Source: Dicyema japonicum (taxonomy: Eukaryota; Animalia; Dicyemida). Taken from it: a DNA stretch of 64,000 nucleotides. Below the pieces are notes generated by a model. That model was not told the origin of the DNA. It saw nothing but the letters and a program-made list of their open reading frames with translations, and searched no databases. The stretch is from positions 1,337,584 through 1,401,583 of the forward strand of contig RDEW01000002.1 of NCBI GenBank assembly GCA_011109175.1, given 5' to 3'. The translations under genes were made by a program, and so were the position numbers. Numbering within the stretch: position 1 is the stretch's first letter; each line of letters starts with the position of its first letter. Positions 1-12,745 of this stretch are shown piece after piece.

Positions 1-1072
1 ACACATTCATAAATTGCATTTCGGGGACGATTATGTGGAATCAGGAAGTACTGGAATCAAGATTATCTGCCAATCAAGTACTTTCTAAGTGGAAAAACAA
101 CATATTTCTACATACAGTAAACTCTCTGATATTTGCCAATTCTCAGATTTGTCATTTGTTAAGAAATATTTTAATTTTAGTTGATATTTGCCAATTCCGA
201 AATTTGCCAGAATTTTTTTAAGTTTCAAAAAATTACTGAAAATTAAAACAATAAAACTTTATTCGAGTATAATGCCTTTTTGTGATTCTAGTAGTGAGTA
301 TAAAAGATTCAATATCGAACAAAAGTGAAAATATTGCCTTATAAGGAGGCAACAATTTATTAACCTGCCAAATAATTGCCGATAAAGTTTCCTTTTTGTT
401 TAAAGTGAACATTTGCCGGAGAACAGTTAACGCTATGTTTAAGAGTCTTGAGTCAATTTTGGAACAATTCAAAACTAAAAATTTCTCAACGAAAATAGTA
501 AAAAGATAAAGTTTTCGCAATTTGATGAAAAGCTTGTTGAGAGGATGGATTCGATGGAAGCAAAAAGTATTCCTAATGTTTTAAAATTTTAAGGTGCATT
601 GTTGAACGATGCATTAATATCCAGTAAAGCAGAATTCTTCGCTAAGCAACTTTCTCTTGACTATTTAAAAAACTCAAGGATTTTTATCCAAATTTAAGAA
701 AAGGCATGGATTTCGGATGAGGAAATTACATGGACAAATGTGCACTGAGAAAAGTATCGATATTGAAGGGTTTCTCAAAGAATTTCAAGAAGTTTCAAAG
801 TCATATACCTGCGATCAGGTTTATAACCAAGCTTATTCCATCCAGAAGTATCTGCAAAACTCCGTTTGGAGGATACAAAAACTTCAAAGATAGAGTATCT
901 GTGATGTTATGCAAAAATATGTCTGGAAATCATAATTACAAACATGAAATAGGATCCAAGTTAAGCAAAATTGAAAAGGATCTTCTTGAGAACGTTGAAA
1001 ACGAAGGAGGATGTGGTCCTTATTACATCTATTAGAAGATTTAATGCAAATATTAGAAATATATATAAGAAG

Positions 1073-4005
1073 TTGAGGTGGTGACGTCCCTCTATAGCAC
1101 ATATGTCTTTCTCACGTCTAATATCTAACTGCCCTTTTTCTGTGGGTACCCTGAATGTAAGAGGACTCAATCCAACATACAAGAAGCTTCAGCTGTCACG
1201 TAATTTGGATCACTATAAGGTATCAGTATGCTGCCTACAGAAACAAAAATAACTGACAACACATGCATGCGGGTGGGAAATTATCATTTGATTACCCTTC
1301 CAACGACGTGTCGTCACTATGGACTTGGATTTGCTATTCATCACACATTGTATAGTCGTATATCTCGGATGTGGGTCGTTACAGACAGGATTGCGGTACT
1401 GCAAATCCGGTGGGGAAGCAAACCAAACTCTACAGTGACAATCAGGGCATCTGCCAATCCAGAAGAACTAGACTAATTCTACTCCGCCCTCATAAGGGTT
1501 TACAACGCCCTCAGTTCTTCATATTTTTGCTTAATTGCCGGGGACTGGAATGCCAAAGCAGGAAAAGCCAGATCTGGAGAAACTTGTATCGGATCTCATG
1601 GAAGAAATCGGCGAAACACGCCCGGAATGGGATTAATCCACTTTTGCACTTCCTTGGATCTGTTTTTGTGCAATACGGCATTCCCTCACCCAGCGAGACA
1701 CAAGACGACGTGGACTGGAACTAGGAAGGATTTGCAAGGAAATTACATAAAAATATATAATCAAATTGACTACATACTATGCAGACGAGGTCACAAACAT
1801 CTCCTCGTAGACTCCAGGTCATATGGAGGATTAGAGACAAATAGTGATCATAAAATTGTGGTTACCGCATTGGACTATACAAAGTCCATAACCAAATGAA
1901 AACACCTTCCAATAAAAAGCAGGAGCAATATGATATCCAATTATTACAAGTCAACTCAACTAAATCTTGAACTTAATGATATCGACGAAACTAAACCTGT
2001 TCATATTATTTGGGACAAAGTCGATAAAAGGTACAGCATGTGATGTGTTGGGAAGTATTACAAAACACCGTAAATTTTACAATCATGATATTTGCGTCCT
2101 ATCAGAAAACCAGAAAGCCTTGAGATTGAAGATAGAAAACTCAAGGTCTCCAGAAAAGGCCAAGGAACTTCGGCAACAACGAAACCGAACATTAATCAAG
2201 CAAACTCAGAAATCCCTAACGGCTTAAGAAATAGAAAAACAAATTGAAGACATTGAAAAGTATAAAGATGGAGTGAAAATGTTCAAAACTATCCAATTAA
2301 TTAATAAGAAAAAAAATGAAAGCACCATAATAATCAATGACATTTTTGGCAGAATAATTATCGATGAAAAGGACAAAGCAGCTACTATATCTTCTTATTA
2401 CTATTATGTGCTCAACTGGGACAACGAAATAGGCTATAAATTTGGTGCACAAGTCAAGCATGGTTTGGAAATCCCAATAAACACACAAGAAACACTGGAT
2501 ACAATTAAAAAATTGAAAAATGACAGATCGGCAGGACCAGAGAATATCCCAGCCGAATTTATAAAGTATGCCCCAGTGAAGTTGGTAACAATCATTACCA
2601 ATATACTCAACAAAATATTTGAAGAAAACACTACGTTAGACATTGGCAAGGGATGGTTAATTCCACTGCAAAAACCGGGAAAACCCAAAGGGCCCCTTTC
2701 CAACCTAAGACCAATCATCCTACTAACTACGCTCCGAAAAATCTTTTCAATCATTACATTGGAAAGAATCAAAGACAAGGTGGAGTATTTTCTGTCGCCA
2801 GGACAAAGTGGTTTCCGGTCAGGCAGATTTACTGCCGATGTCATTTGGACACACAGATGGTCAAGTGCTCTATGCCAAAAATATAAAAAGTGCATAGATG
2901 TTCTCGGAGTAGACATGTCCAGAGCGTTTGACTCAGTTCATAGAGGCAAACTTCTTGAAGTACTCATAAGCTTCCTAACAACGGATGATATCAAAATTAT
3001 ACAAAAACTACTGCAGAATACGCAACTAGCAACCAAACTCGGAAAAACTACTTCAGAATTCTTTTATACTTCACGTGGAATTCCGCAAGGAGACTCTTTG
3101 TCACCAGTTCTATTCATAATCTACCTGGAGGCTGCACTGAGAGATTTCAGGCCTTTAATTGAGAACAACAAAATAATCGAGTTAATATTTTCAGACGATC
3201 TTGACTTTGTTTCTGAAGATGTTGAAATTCTTCATCACGTTCTCAAGAACTTACCAAATGCCTTTTCTAAATGGTTCTTAGTTGTCAACCAGGACAAAAC
3301 TGAATATACAAAACTTGTACGAGTTGTACGCACTTACGATGAATCATGGAGAAGGCATAAAAAAGTTGGTTCACTACTTGGAGACTCAGAAAATGTTACC
3401 CACAGAAAAATCCTATCCACTGCTGCATATAAAAAATTCTTAACTATCTGGCGTTTTAAGAAGAGCATAACTTCGAATACAAAGCTAAAATTGTATAAAA
3501 CATTCGTGGTTCCAGTCCTGACATACAACTGTGGGACATGGGGGATTACGAAACGGGAAATGGACAATCTGGATCAATTTCATAGAAATCAACTAAGAAA
3601 CATCTTGAGAATACATTTCCCGAAAAAGATATCAAATTCAGAACTGTACAAAAGATGTGGCTTAAGGCCATTATCAGAGGAGATTCTCAAGGCTAGGTGG
3701 AGACTTTTTGGTCACATCTTACAAATGGATATGTTGACTCCACCAAACATTGCAATGGAGAACTATTTCGCAAAACTGAAGGGATCATTCCGTGGCAGGC
3801 CTAGAGTGACGTTGCCTTCAGTACTAAATGATAACCTAATCCGAATAAACAAAACTCTACGAAATGGTGAAGATCTTGACTCACTACGAGCAATGGCCCG
3901 GAACAGGGGAACATGGAAGAGGATGTGTGGAGGATACTGGACGTGGCACAAGGGGAACTTAATTAATCTAATTAATTTTTGATTTCCCGGAAGTGCTTAA
4001 AAAAT
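1073..4005 (+). mobile_element. RTE-clade non-LTR retrotransposon, near full length; APE domain broken by frameshifts and stops
   Basis: APE motifs from ATG 1103 (GTLNVRGL, CCLQETK, GDWNAK, CNTAFPHPARHKTTW), followed by the RT ORF. Confidence 0.9.
2273..3982 (+). CDS. Reverse transcriptase portion of the RTE element (569-aa open frame)
   Basis: LRPIILL, QSGFRSGR, DMSRAFDSV, GIPQGDSLSP, FSDD catalytic motif, C-terminal RGRPR motif. Confidence 0.9.
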   Translation: MKMFKTIQLINKKKNESTIIINDIFGRIIIDEKDKAATISSYYYYVLNWDNEIGYKFGAQVKHGLEIPINTQETLDTIKKLKNDRSAGPENIPAEFIKYAPVKLVTIITNILNKIFEENTTLDIGKGWLIPLQKPGKPKGPLSNLRPIILLTTLRKIFSIITLERIKDKVEYFLSPGQSGFRSGRFTADVIWTHRWSSALCQKYKKCIDVLGVDMSRAFDSVHRGKLLEVLISFLTTDDIKIIQKLLQNTQLATKLGKTTSEFFYTSRGIPQGDSLSPVLFIIYLEAALRDFRPLIENNKIIELIFSDDLDFVSEDVEILHHVLKNLPNAFSKWFLVVNQDKTEYTKLVRVVRTYDESWRRHKKVGSLLGDSENVTHRKILSTAAYKKFLTIWRFKKSITSNTKLKLYKTFVVPVLTYNCGTWGITKREMDNLDQFHRNQLRNILRIHFPKKISNSELYKRCGLRPLSEEILKARWRLFGHILQMDMLTPPNIAMENYFAKLKGSFRGRPRVTLPSVLNDNLIRINKTLRNGEDLDSLRAMARNRGTWKRMCGGYWTWHKGNLINLINF

Positions 4006-4509
4006 AAAGAAGCAAATGGAAATTGAATTTTATTTCGGTAAAATTTAATACTTCACTTTTTTTTAAATAAATTTTTTTTGTAATAATATCAAATGTAGTT
4101 ATTTTCATAGATGAGAAGTTACCCAATAACTATTTTAAAATTATTAATTAAATTCTGAAATTTGCCGATTTCCAAATTTGCCGCAAAAACTGCTGGAACC
4201 AAAATTGGCAAATTTGGGAGAGTTTACTGTATGTATCCGAGATAACTATCTGAAAAACTGTTCTCCGACATCATTGAGATAAGTTTTTCTTTATTGGAAA
4301 AATTACTATCTAAAGACCGAAATTTTAAACCCGAAAACATTTTGAATTACATTATTCTGTATTTTAATAAAGACTTTGATAGTTTTTTATATTAAAAAAT
4401 ATTTTTTTGTAGATAAATATCATAAAGTCAAAAAAAGTCAAAATTTTGGAATTTTAAAGTCAGTAAAGTCAAATTTTTAGGTCAAAATTTCCGATTTATA
4501 GTCAAAATA

Positions 4510-5660
4510 AAAATTCGCTTTAGTTATCAGCGTACGCAGGAATGCTCTGCATACAAGCTTTGAGGCCGACCGACAAAAAAACAGGCCGACAGCAATGGGG
4601 CGTATTACCTTTCCACTCTTGTCGAATGCGATTAACTTGGCGGAAAACATTACGTGTCGAATTGTTTCTGGTAGTGTACCTGAGAGCATTCAGTTCATTA
4701 GTTTGGTGATGGCCAACACGAGCCGGACCCCAGAGTTGCCCTTGTTATGAGCAATGAGGTCTTTGAGGTGACCCGGGCGGAGCCCATCTAGTCCTCCATT
4801 GTTGCTCGGGACGAAAGAGAGAATCCCATCTTTTACGTCCTCTTCAGAGACAAATAGATTGGGTAATTGTCTGGGGCAAGGAGGAATCCGGTGGTCGTTA
4901 GGGGGACTTGGGTGTCGCTCAACAAGTGATGCGTAGGACTGTTCAGACGGCTCAATTATACGGTGTTGATCTGCAAGGATCCTCACGGCAGGACGGATTC
5001 CACATTCCTAAAGTTTTCGACGGATCGCACTTCTTAATTTCTGAGTGTCCGAGATAGTTGATGTTGGCTTCTCATGGTTTTGGGATTTGTAGGTTAGTTT
5101 TTCGGAGTCTGCCAGTAGGTTTCTTGAGAAGAATGTGTGGACATTCTCCTTTACTAATGACGTAAGTGATTTCTCTTCTTTCCCCCTCCTATGGGGTATG
5201 CATAGTGTGAATGGAGCGAAGCAAAATAATCGTACCCAATCCTCAGAGTCGTTCGAAGAAACTTTTCTTTCAATACACTCACATAGGCAGTCCGCGACAG
5301 ATATACGGACAGCTTTGGGGATCCTGATCAGGAGTCTTCATGTGTGTGTCAGGTTTAAGATCAAATCAAGTATTTCCTGAAGGTATAGTGGAACATGTTC
5401 AGAAGGGTAGCGTAGGGAAAAGTTTGTCGTATTATCTGGTAGGAGACATGACCGACAGTGCCAATCGGAAATGACAGCTAGGGCTCTTTTAGTCATTCTG
5501 GAACAGGACATGTGTTAGCCACATGAACAGGCCTTGCAATTGATCATCCACTTTCTTTTGTTCATTATGTTGCATTTTTGCAGATCTCATCTTCTTTTGC
5601 AGTTTTCTGCATGTTCTTTTCTGATTTTCCTTTTTTTCTCTTTTTTTCTTAGCACCACAA
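4510..5660 (-). mobile_element. CRE-like (RLE-type) non-LTR element, 5' half, decayed, with N-terminal PHD finger
   Basis: RIPKAVR, GGLDGLRPGHLKDL, LIAFDKSG..IRPIAVG; homologous to the element at 32180-34901. C4HC3 pattern at ~5440-5590. Confidence 0.8.
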
Positions 5661-5699
5661 CTAGTAGCGTGCAAACCAAATTCCCTCAATTTTATTTTA

Positions 5700-6935
5700 T
5701 TTATTTAACACCCAAGACCACGGTAAAACCAAAACTAGCTATCACGTGATCCCGATGCGCTCCGCCAAAATCCTCATTCTATCCCGGTGCTCCTCCCTCG
5801 TACCCACACAAGCTCGTACAGGGCGGCTGACTGTATTTGCATGGCCACCTTCCCGCATGCCGGAGTTTTGTTTAATGAGGGCCTCCAGAGTAGTCGGTCC
5901 GGTTCTGTGTCTCCCACAAGACCACCGCTCCGTCATTCTGAAAGCTTTCTTTTGAACGTCCTCAATTTCTTAGTGTTCGTCAGTTATAATGAAGGTCCCC
6001 ACGAAGCACACGCGTACGAGAAACATGGTTCGATGTATTGCTTGTAATTGTTCATCAAGACTGGGTTGGTACCTGTCTTCCATATTCCAGATAAACATTT
6101 CAATACATTGATTTTCTTCTCGCACTTCAGAACAATGTTTGCCACGTGTAGTGACAAGCATAAGTGCGTATCCAGTGTCACGCCCAGTATCTTCTGACAT
6201 GCTGAAAGGGATTTCAACGTTGTCCAATTTTAAGGTGACAGTCTTCTTCCCCAACCTTTTGTCCGACGTAAACATAGACGTGACAGACTTTCTGGAATTT
6301 ATCGTGACTCGGTTCTTCATTACCCAGGCGTTGAGTCGGTCAAGGTTAATTTGTAATTTTTCTGTAGCATTTTGGATATCCCGATCACGCGGGGCCAAAA
6401 CAATGTCGTCTGCATATGTGAGTAGAACATCGTTATTGGATTCCGGTGTCGGGAGGTCTGTCAGGTATAAATTGAATAAGGCGAGGGATAAAGGAGATCC
6501 TTGGGGGACACCGTTTGGGAGAAAACGTGAGACTGATTTCAGTCCTCCGAGGCATACACGTCACCCTTAAGAAATTTGTTATCCAAAGTTTAAGCTTCCC
6601 CAGGATCTCGGACTGGAAAATTTTTTTTGATAATATTTTTTTCGAAATAGAATCAAAGGCCTTGTTAATATCAATGGAACATAAGACTGTTTTCGAATGC
6701 CTTGGTTTGTTTGAAAAACCATCTTTAATGAAGTTGGTTAATCTCTGTAGGTACGTTGATGTAGAACAATCGCTCTTGAATCCGTGTTGAAAATCTTTTT
6801 CTGGTAAGAAAGCCTTGATTCTCCAAGCACAAGCCTCTCCAGGATTTTCGATGGACATTGGTCTAAATCATGCCGGATTTCCTTAGGTTTTCCAGGTTTC
6901 AGTATAGGTCGGATGTTGGCTTGCTTCCATATAAG
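5700..6935 (-). mobile_element. Jockey/I-like LINE, 5'-truncated (RT and C-terminus), decayed
   Basis: DINKAFDSI, GVPQGSPLSLALFNL, YADD, ILGVTLD, YKQYIEPCFSYACASW; 3' end GTGGTCTTGGGTGTTAAATAAATAA. Confidence 0.85.
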
Positions 6936-7014
6936 TTAAATAAAAGAAGAGACAGAGGGGAGATTTGCGGATCCCATTGGGGAGTAGTCTTGATTTTGAA
7001 GTGGTGCACTTTAC

Positions 7015-9490
7015 GAGAAATGCACTTTACGGCTCTCCAGCTAAACATAAATGGAATTAAAGGAAAAATCAGGGAACTCCGGTCAATCCTGGCTTGTCAA
7101 AAGATTAACGTTGCGATGATTCAAAAGACCAAACTATCTTATAATGACCCTACCCCAACATTCCAGGATCAAAACTATCAGGAAGGACCGTAGAGCAAAA
7201 AGAGGTGGAGGTCTGCTTACTCTATTCAAAAAGAACTTGAAATGCAGAGACATCTCATCGGAAGTGAGGAAACTTGTTGGGGATGATGATGTAACAGAAA
7301 TAATTGGAATCTCGCTCGGGACAACGGAAGGAAGACTATGCCTAGTGAATATCTACGTTCCGCCTCCTGATTCCTATCCGAAGAGCTATGTTATGCCAAA
7401 CCTATCAAGACTGTCTTCCTTCGATGAGAACATGATCTGCGGGGATTTGAATGCGAATATGACTGCCAACTCAACTAGCTGACATGAGAGGGAAACTATT
7501 ATTATCGCAAACGGATTCCCTAACGATATTGAATGATCCATCGAGAAATACAAGGACACCACTGAGAAAGACAGATAAACCTACCTCACCGGACGTAACA
7601 CTCTGCTCATCGTCGCTTTATTAAAAATTGATTGATCAGACATCTACGAAACAAGTAGCGACCATAATCCAATTTATGGTCAAAATCAAAAGTGAGGCAA
7701 ACGTGAGGAGAATTCCTTGCAGCTAAAATTACAAAAGTGCTAACTGGAAATTGTATCGCGAAATCTCAGAAGATAAAATGAAGAATTGTTAGTTGGATAG
7801 CTTCAGTTCTCTGGAGAATGCCATCTTACCCGATAACCTCGATAACCTCGGATATGAAAGTCAGGATCAGAACATTGAATAATGAAATAAAGGCCACAGA
7901 GCTCAAGGCCCAGAGGTTGAAAATTTTCACACATGGAGCACATGAAGTCTGATACACTACCATCACACAGGGACTAAAGAGACTATCAGAACCACTCTTC
8001 TTTTCGGAGAGAGTTGAGGGATAAAATACATTTCGCAAAAACGACACAATCGACGGACCGGACAACATTCCTATTATTTTATTAAAAAATCTTGGAGACG
8101 GGGGGAGTCACTTTTCTAACGTCGGTTTTCAACTATTTGATTAACCAGAATGTGATATCATTATTATGGAAACAGGCACTAATGCAGTCAATACTAAAAC
8201 CAGAAAGACGAGAGATGACCCAGCAACTTTTAGACCGGTGTCACTATTATGTTCCATGTCAAAAATCCTGGAGAGGCTTTTGCTCGAGAGAATAAAATAA
8301 TATTTACCAGAGAGGCTTTGTCAACATGGATTCAAAAATGAGAGATCCACGTCTACATATTTGCAAACATTGACCGATTTCATTCGAGTCGGATTCACAA
8401 CCAAGTCGAGACACTTTAAAACAGTGCTATGCTCGATTGACATACATAAAGCTTTTCACTCTCGAGGAAATTCTGTCGAAAAAAATATTTTAATCTGAGA
8501 TCTCAGGGAAGCTAAAGCTTTGGATCACTAATTTCCTAAGTGGATGAAGGGGACGTTTGCCTCGGAGGTCTGAAATCAATCTCACGGCTCCTCCTCAACG
8601 GAGTCCCTCAAAGATCTCCTTTATCCCATGCTCTGTTTAACCTCTTTCTGGCTGATCTCCCGACTCTTGAATCTGATAATGATGTTCTACGTTCCTATGT
8701 GGATGATATTGTGTTGGCTTCGCGAGATCAGGACATCCAGAAGGCTACAGAAAGAATACAAATTAACCTGGACAGGCTTAATGCCTGGATAATGGAAAAC
8801 CGGTTCGTGGTGAATGCAGAGAAGTCGTCCATGTCACTATTTACCTCTGACAAAAAATTGGGAAGGAAGACAGTCACCTTGAAATTAAACAAGGTCGGCA
8901 TCCTTTTCAACAGATGTCAAAGGATCTTGGGTGTGACAATTGATATGCATCTCTGTTTGACACCACACGTAGATAACATTCTATTGAAATGCAAGAAACT
9001 GAACGTATTGAAAAGTTTATCGGGAATATGGAAGAGTGGTACTGACCCAGTCTTAATGAACGTGTACAAACAGCACATCGAGCCATGTTTCTCATATGCA
9101 TGCGCCTCGTGGAAACCGTCCATATCTTGGACAAATATGAGGAAAATTGGGAAAATGCAAAATAGGGCTTACAGAGTAACGGAGCGTTAAAGTTGTGAAG
9201 ATCACCGAACCGGACCTACGCTTCTGGATGCCCTTATGAGACTAGACTCCAGATCACGGGAAAGTGGCCCTGAAAATTCAGGCAGCCGAACCGGACCTAC
9301 GCCTCTGGATGCCCTTATGATACTAGACTCCAGATCACAAGAAAGTTGCCTGAAAATTCAGGCAGCCGTCCTGTACGTTCATGCGCGGGCACGAAGGAAG
9401 AACACCGTGCAAAGATTAGGTCTCTGTTAGAATGCATCAGGATCACGTGATGATTAGTTTGGTCTTACCATGGTCTTGGGTTAAATAAAA
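7015..9490 (+). mobile_element. Jockey/I-like LINE (APE + RT), decayed; same family as 5700-6935, opposite orientation
   Basis: LQLNINGI, RAKRGGGL, MICGDLNA, GVPQRSPLS, YVDD. Ends ATGGTCTTGGGTTAAATAAAA. ~85-bp tandem duplication at ~9205-9370. Confidence 0.85.
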
Positions 9491-9589
9491 AAGTCTTATT
9501 ATGCAGTACATCTCTGGCTACCATGGCAACACGTAAAAAACAGGCTGCCCGTAGGTTTCAAGCCACCCATGTGACAGCGTTTTCTTAGC

Positions 9590-9900
9590 TTTAAGGATCC
9601 GCAGGATTCCATCTTTTCTGAGACAAATACTGGAATTTCTTTCCAAATCAGCCATGAATTTGTACAACATACATGCACTTTTATGAGAAATTTAAACAAG
9701 TCCTCCTCCAAGTTTAGCACGATTATATCTAATCTTTCCTTGTTAGCAAGCTTTAAATGTACTTTATACTCTGTTAAAACAATATTTCAGCATAAATAGA
9801 CTCAAATTCCTTCGTTTCAATGTCAATTAAGTCAATATAGTAATTATAATTTTCTTAACTACCCTACGGAAATCATTATCTCGGTCTTAGCAGAATGAGA
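9590..9900 (-). mobile_element. Decayed fragment of an R4/Dong-like element
   Basis: Frameshifted ANKERL..RAKLGGGL and LERNSSICLRKDGIL match ASKERLYLPRSTLGRGL and LERRKKISLRKAGIL in the 36460-39990 ORF. Confidence 0.5.
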
Positions 9901-10289
9901 GATAAAGTTGAAGAGTTTTCTCTCCTAGTCACTGTGGCTACTGAAATGAAAGATCTACAACGGATGTCAGACGGATTTTGCACTTATAAATTATAAAAAA
10001 AACGACATATATCCTCTGTTTAGAAATGTCCTGCGCTTTTGATATCATGAACAGAGATAGACTTATGATCGTCCTTGCAGATATTTTGGACAAGGACCAA
10101 GTAAAGATGATGGCGGTAGTTTCCTATCTGTAAAAAATTGAAATTTTTCCGTTTATTGATACAAGCAGGATCGTGGTGATTCTCCAAGATGTTCTTAACC
10201 ACCAAAATAATTTCCACCTATTTAAGATTTTGTGATATAAAGTCATTGCCACATTTATAATAAAGTTAGTCGACTTGCATCCAAAAACA

Positions 10290-10660
10290 ATTGATAGGAC
10301 GGAAAGCGACCGGATGGAGTAATAATCTTTCCGTTCAATGAGGAAAACTGTTGTTTGGAAAAAAAACATGTGTCGACTCTATTCCCCACTAACATCATAG
10401 GGAGCGCAATAAAGGCACATTCCGCCGCAGGTAAAGAAAAATATACAGGGCTCCTAGACCGATATACCTTTCGGGCGATTGCTGTCGAGACAACCGGAGC
10501 GATAAGCAGCAATTCACTGGTCTTCATTAAGAAACTCGGACGTATTGCCTCGCCCAAAAACCATGATGACAGCGAAACGTGATGGCTCATCTCCATAGCG
10601 GTCCTGAAGGGACACGTCGCATCAATAAATTCGACGGGAATTAGATATTTACTTTCTAAA
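10290..10660 (+). mobile_element. CRE-like element 3' fragment (RLE domain)
   Basis: KRPDGVIIFPF, IAVETTGAI, ISIAVLKG. Confidence 0.75.
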
Positions 10661-11076
10661 ATAATATCTTTATATTCTTTTAATTAGCATAAAATATTGA
10701 CAGAAATTATTAATTGATTTAATGGATTATTTACATTGACATAATTTCTAATAATTAGGAATATTGCAGTTATTTGTCCAAATGATGACAAGGAGTGGAT
10801 AGTTGTATGCAAGATTAGGTAGACCACAGGAGACTATATAAGAGCCAATGAAAAGTTTTTTCATATAGTGGCCTAATTTTTGAATAGGGAGGCAATTAAA
10901 ATTAATTTTTTATGTGAAGGTTACTGGAAGGTATACTTGACAAATCAAATCCGATTATAAATGGTCAAGCAGAAGAATCGACCCTCTAAATAGTTTGGAT
11001 ACCTTTGACATGAAAAGATTTATATAATTAAAAATAAGTAATAAAAATTAAAATAATAAATTATAAACGTGAAGAA

Positions 11077-11975
11077 ATGACGTTGAATATTGTAGACTTT
11101 ATTGCTGGAGGGTTTAGAGTTGTTATAATATAGACTTGGTGGAATGATGGGGGTAATGGTAACATGTCCATTTGAAGTATTAAAAACACGACTTCAATCA
11201 AGTGGATATAAGAATTACAACATATATTCTGGTAATTCAAAGATTATCTCGGCATTTGCGTAATATTAATAGTTATAAAGTGAAATAGTATGTAATGAAG
11301 GATTTGGGGGATTATTCCGAGGATTGGGAGTAAATCTAATAGGGATTGTGCCATCAAAGTATTATTTATAATAATAAGAGCTATTCACTTTTATTCATAT
11401 TCAGCAGCGAAAAGGTATATTAGTGGAGATGAAATAGCATCAGGAGTACAAGTTGTATTGGCTGCTGCATTTGGAGGTTATCAGTAGTTAATAAATGAGG
11501 TATTTGCACAGCCACAGTGACAAACCCACTATGGGTAATAAAAACACGAATTCAATTAAAGAATGACTCTATTGTTGGAATTGTAAGAAATATAATAAAT
11601 AAGGAAGGATGGTTAACTCTGTATAGTGGTCTTATGGTGAGTTATTTGAGTGTAAGCGATGCCATCGTCTACTTTGCTGTGTATGAATCATTTAGAAAGA
11701 AATATTTTAAATCTGATTGGTGGGTTTTGCTTGTGTTATCTGGAATATCAAAGTCTGTATCATGTTTGTGTACATATCCATTGGAAGTAATACGGACTCG
11801 TTTAAGGGAAGAGAATAGTGAGTATAAGACAATGTATAATACAATCCGGGGAATATATTTAAATGAAGGATTACTCTCATTCTATAGAGGACTTGGGACT
11901 CAATTAATAAGACAGATTCCAAATTCAGCTGTAATGATGATTACTTATGAATATGTTTGTCATATTTGTAAATAA
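11077..11975 (+). CDS. SLC25A36: Mitochondrial pyrimidine nucleotide carrier, SLC25A33/36 type; 5 exons. Introns 11112-11133 (22 nt), 11260-11280 (21), 11359-11378 (20), 11477-11499 (23)
   Basis: Three carrier repeats (CPFEVLKTRLQ, TNPLWVIKTRIQL, YPLEVIRTRLRE) and RQIPNSAVMMITYE. GT-AG introns restore a continuous frame. Confidence 0.88.
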
Positions 11976-11997
11976 AGAGTAATTATTATAAAAATAG

Positions 11998-12745
11998 TTA
12001 ATTCTTTTGTAGTATTTTAATTCGTTTAAAATAAATTTGATTAAGTTTTGTTAATTTATTAACTGTATTGTTGAGGTGCTTACTAAAAGTATCCCTAACT
12101 GGTGATTCCTTTAATAATAATGAATATTACATTTATAAATTTAAGTTTCATTTGATTAATAATAGAAAAACTTTCACTATTGCAAACAGAAATGAAATCT
12201 CTCCATTTATCAGTATCTAAGCCCCAATATTTAACAGATGTAATCTTATTACTATGAGAGTGCATAACAAAGTCTTTAGGACTGAGGAGTCCATAGCAAA
12301 TAGTACAAATAATACATTTATCATATTCACTGTTATATAGATTATCCTCATAATAACCCTTCTGTTCTCCAAAACAATTATGCTTTATCATAACAGCACT
12401 TTTAGAAGGTGATGGGGCCTTAATGTAATCCTCAATAAAATAATAACATATTCTTTCTGCGTCTGATTTGTTAATCAATCCACAATTTGGTGCCTCCATT
12501 GGTATTACATTTGACTTTTTTAATATTATAAGTTGTTCTGTCGTACATATACTCAGTTCTATATTCATTCTACCACATATTTCATTTATTTTCTTTAATG
12601 ATATATCTTTAAGCACTGTATTTAGTAGTACTGACAGTATTAACCTCTTTTCTCCATTCACTACAAAACATGGTATCTCTTCATTTCTAATATTTGTATA
12701 TATTTTTGTTAACGATCCTACTGAAGTAAACCACTCATCCTCCAT
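11998..12745 (-). CDS. SKI: Ski/Sno-family transcriptional co-repressor, short form (DHD + SAND-like SMAD4-binding domain); probable 22-nt intron at 12109-12130
   Basis: CFVVNGEKRL, PNCGLINKSDAERIC, HNCFG, CIICTICYGLLSPKDFVMHSH, WGLDTDKWRDFI. First ATG at 12745; the listed ORF starts at a GTG. Last exon is inferred. Confidence 0.85.

Larger units (their letters stand above)
115..4229 (+). mobile_element. pogo/Tigger-like (Tc1/mariner superfamily) DNA transposon, decayed, interrupted by an RTE LINE
   Basis: TA-flanked TIRs: CAGTAAACTCTCTGATATTTGCCAATT at 115 and AATTGGCAAATTTGGGAGAGTTTACTG ending at 4229. Remnants of CENP-B HTH (SKFKKRHGFRMRKLHG, ~690-730) and the DDE_1 start (GYKNFKDRVSVMLCKNMSG). 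Confidence 0.85.

Noticed and set aside
9530-9580. tRNA-Sec or tRNA-Ser anticodon-like arm (GTAGGTTTCAAGCCAC)
   Set aside because: No D-arm, T-arm or acceptor stem; it is part of the X-box repeat.
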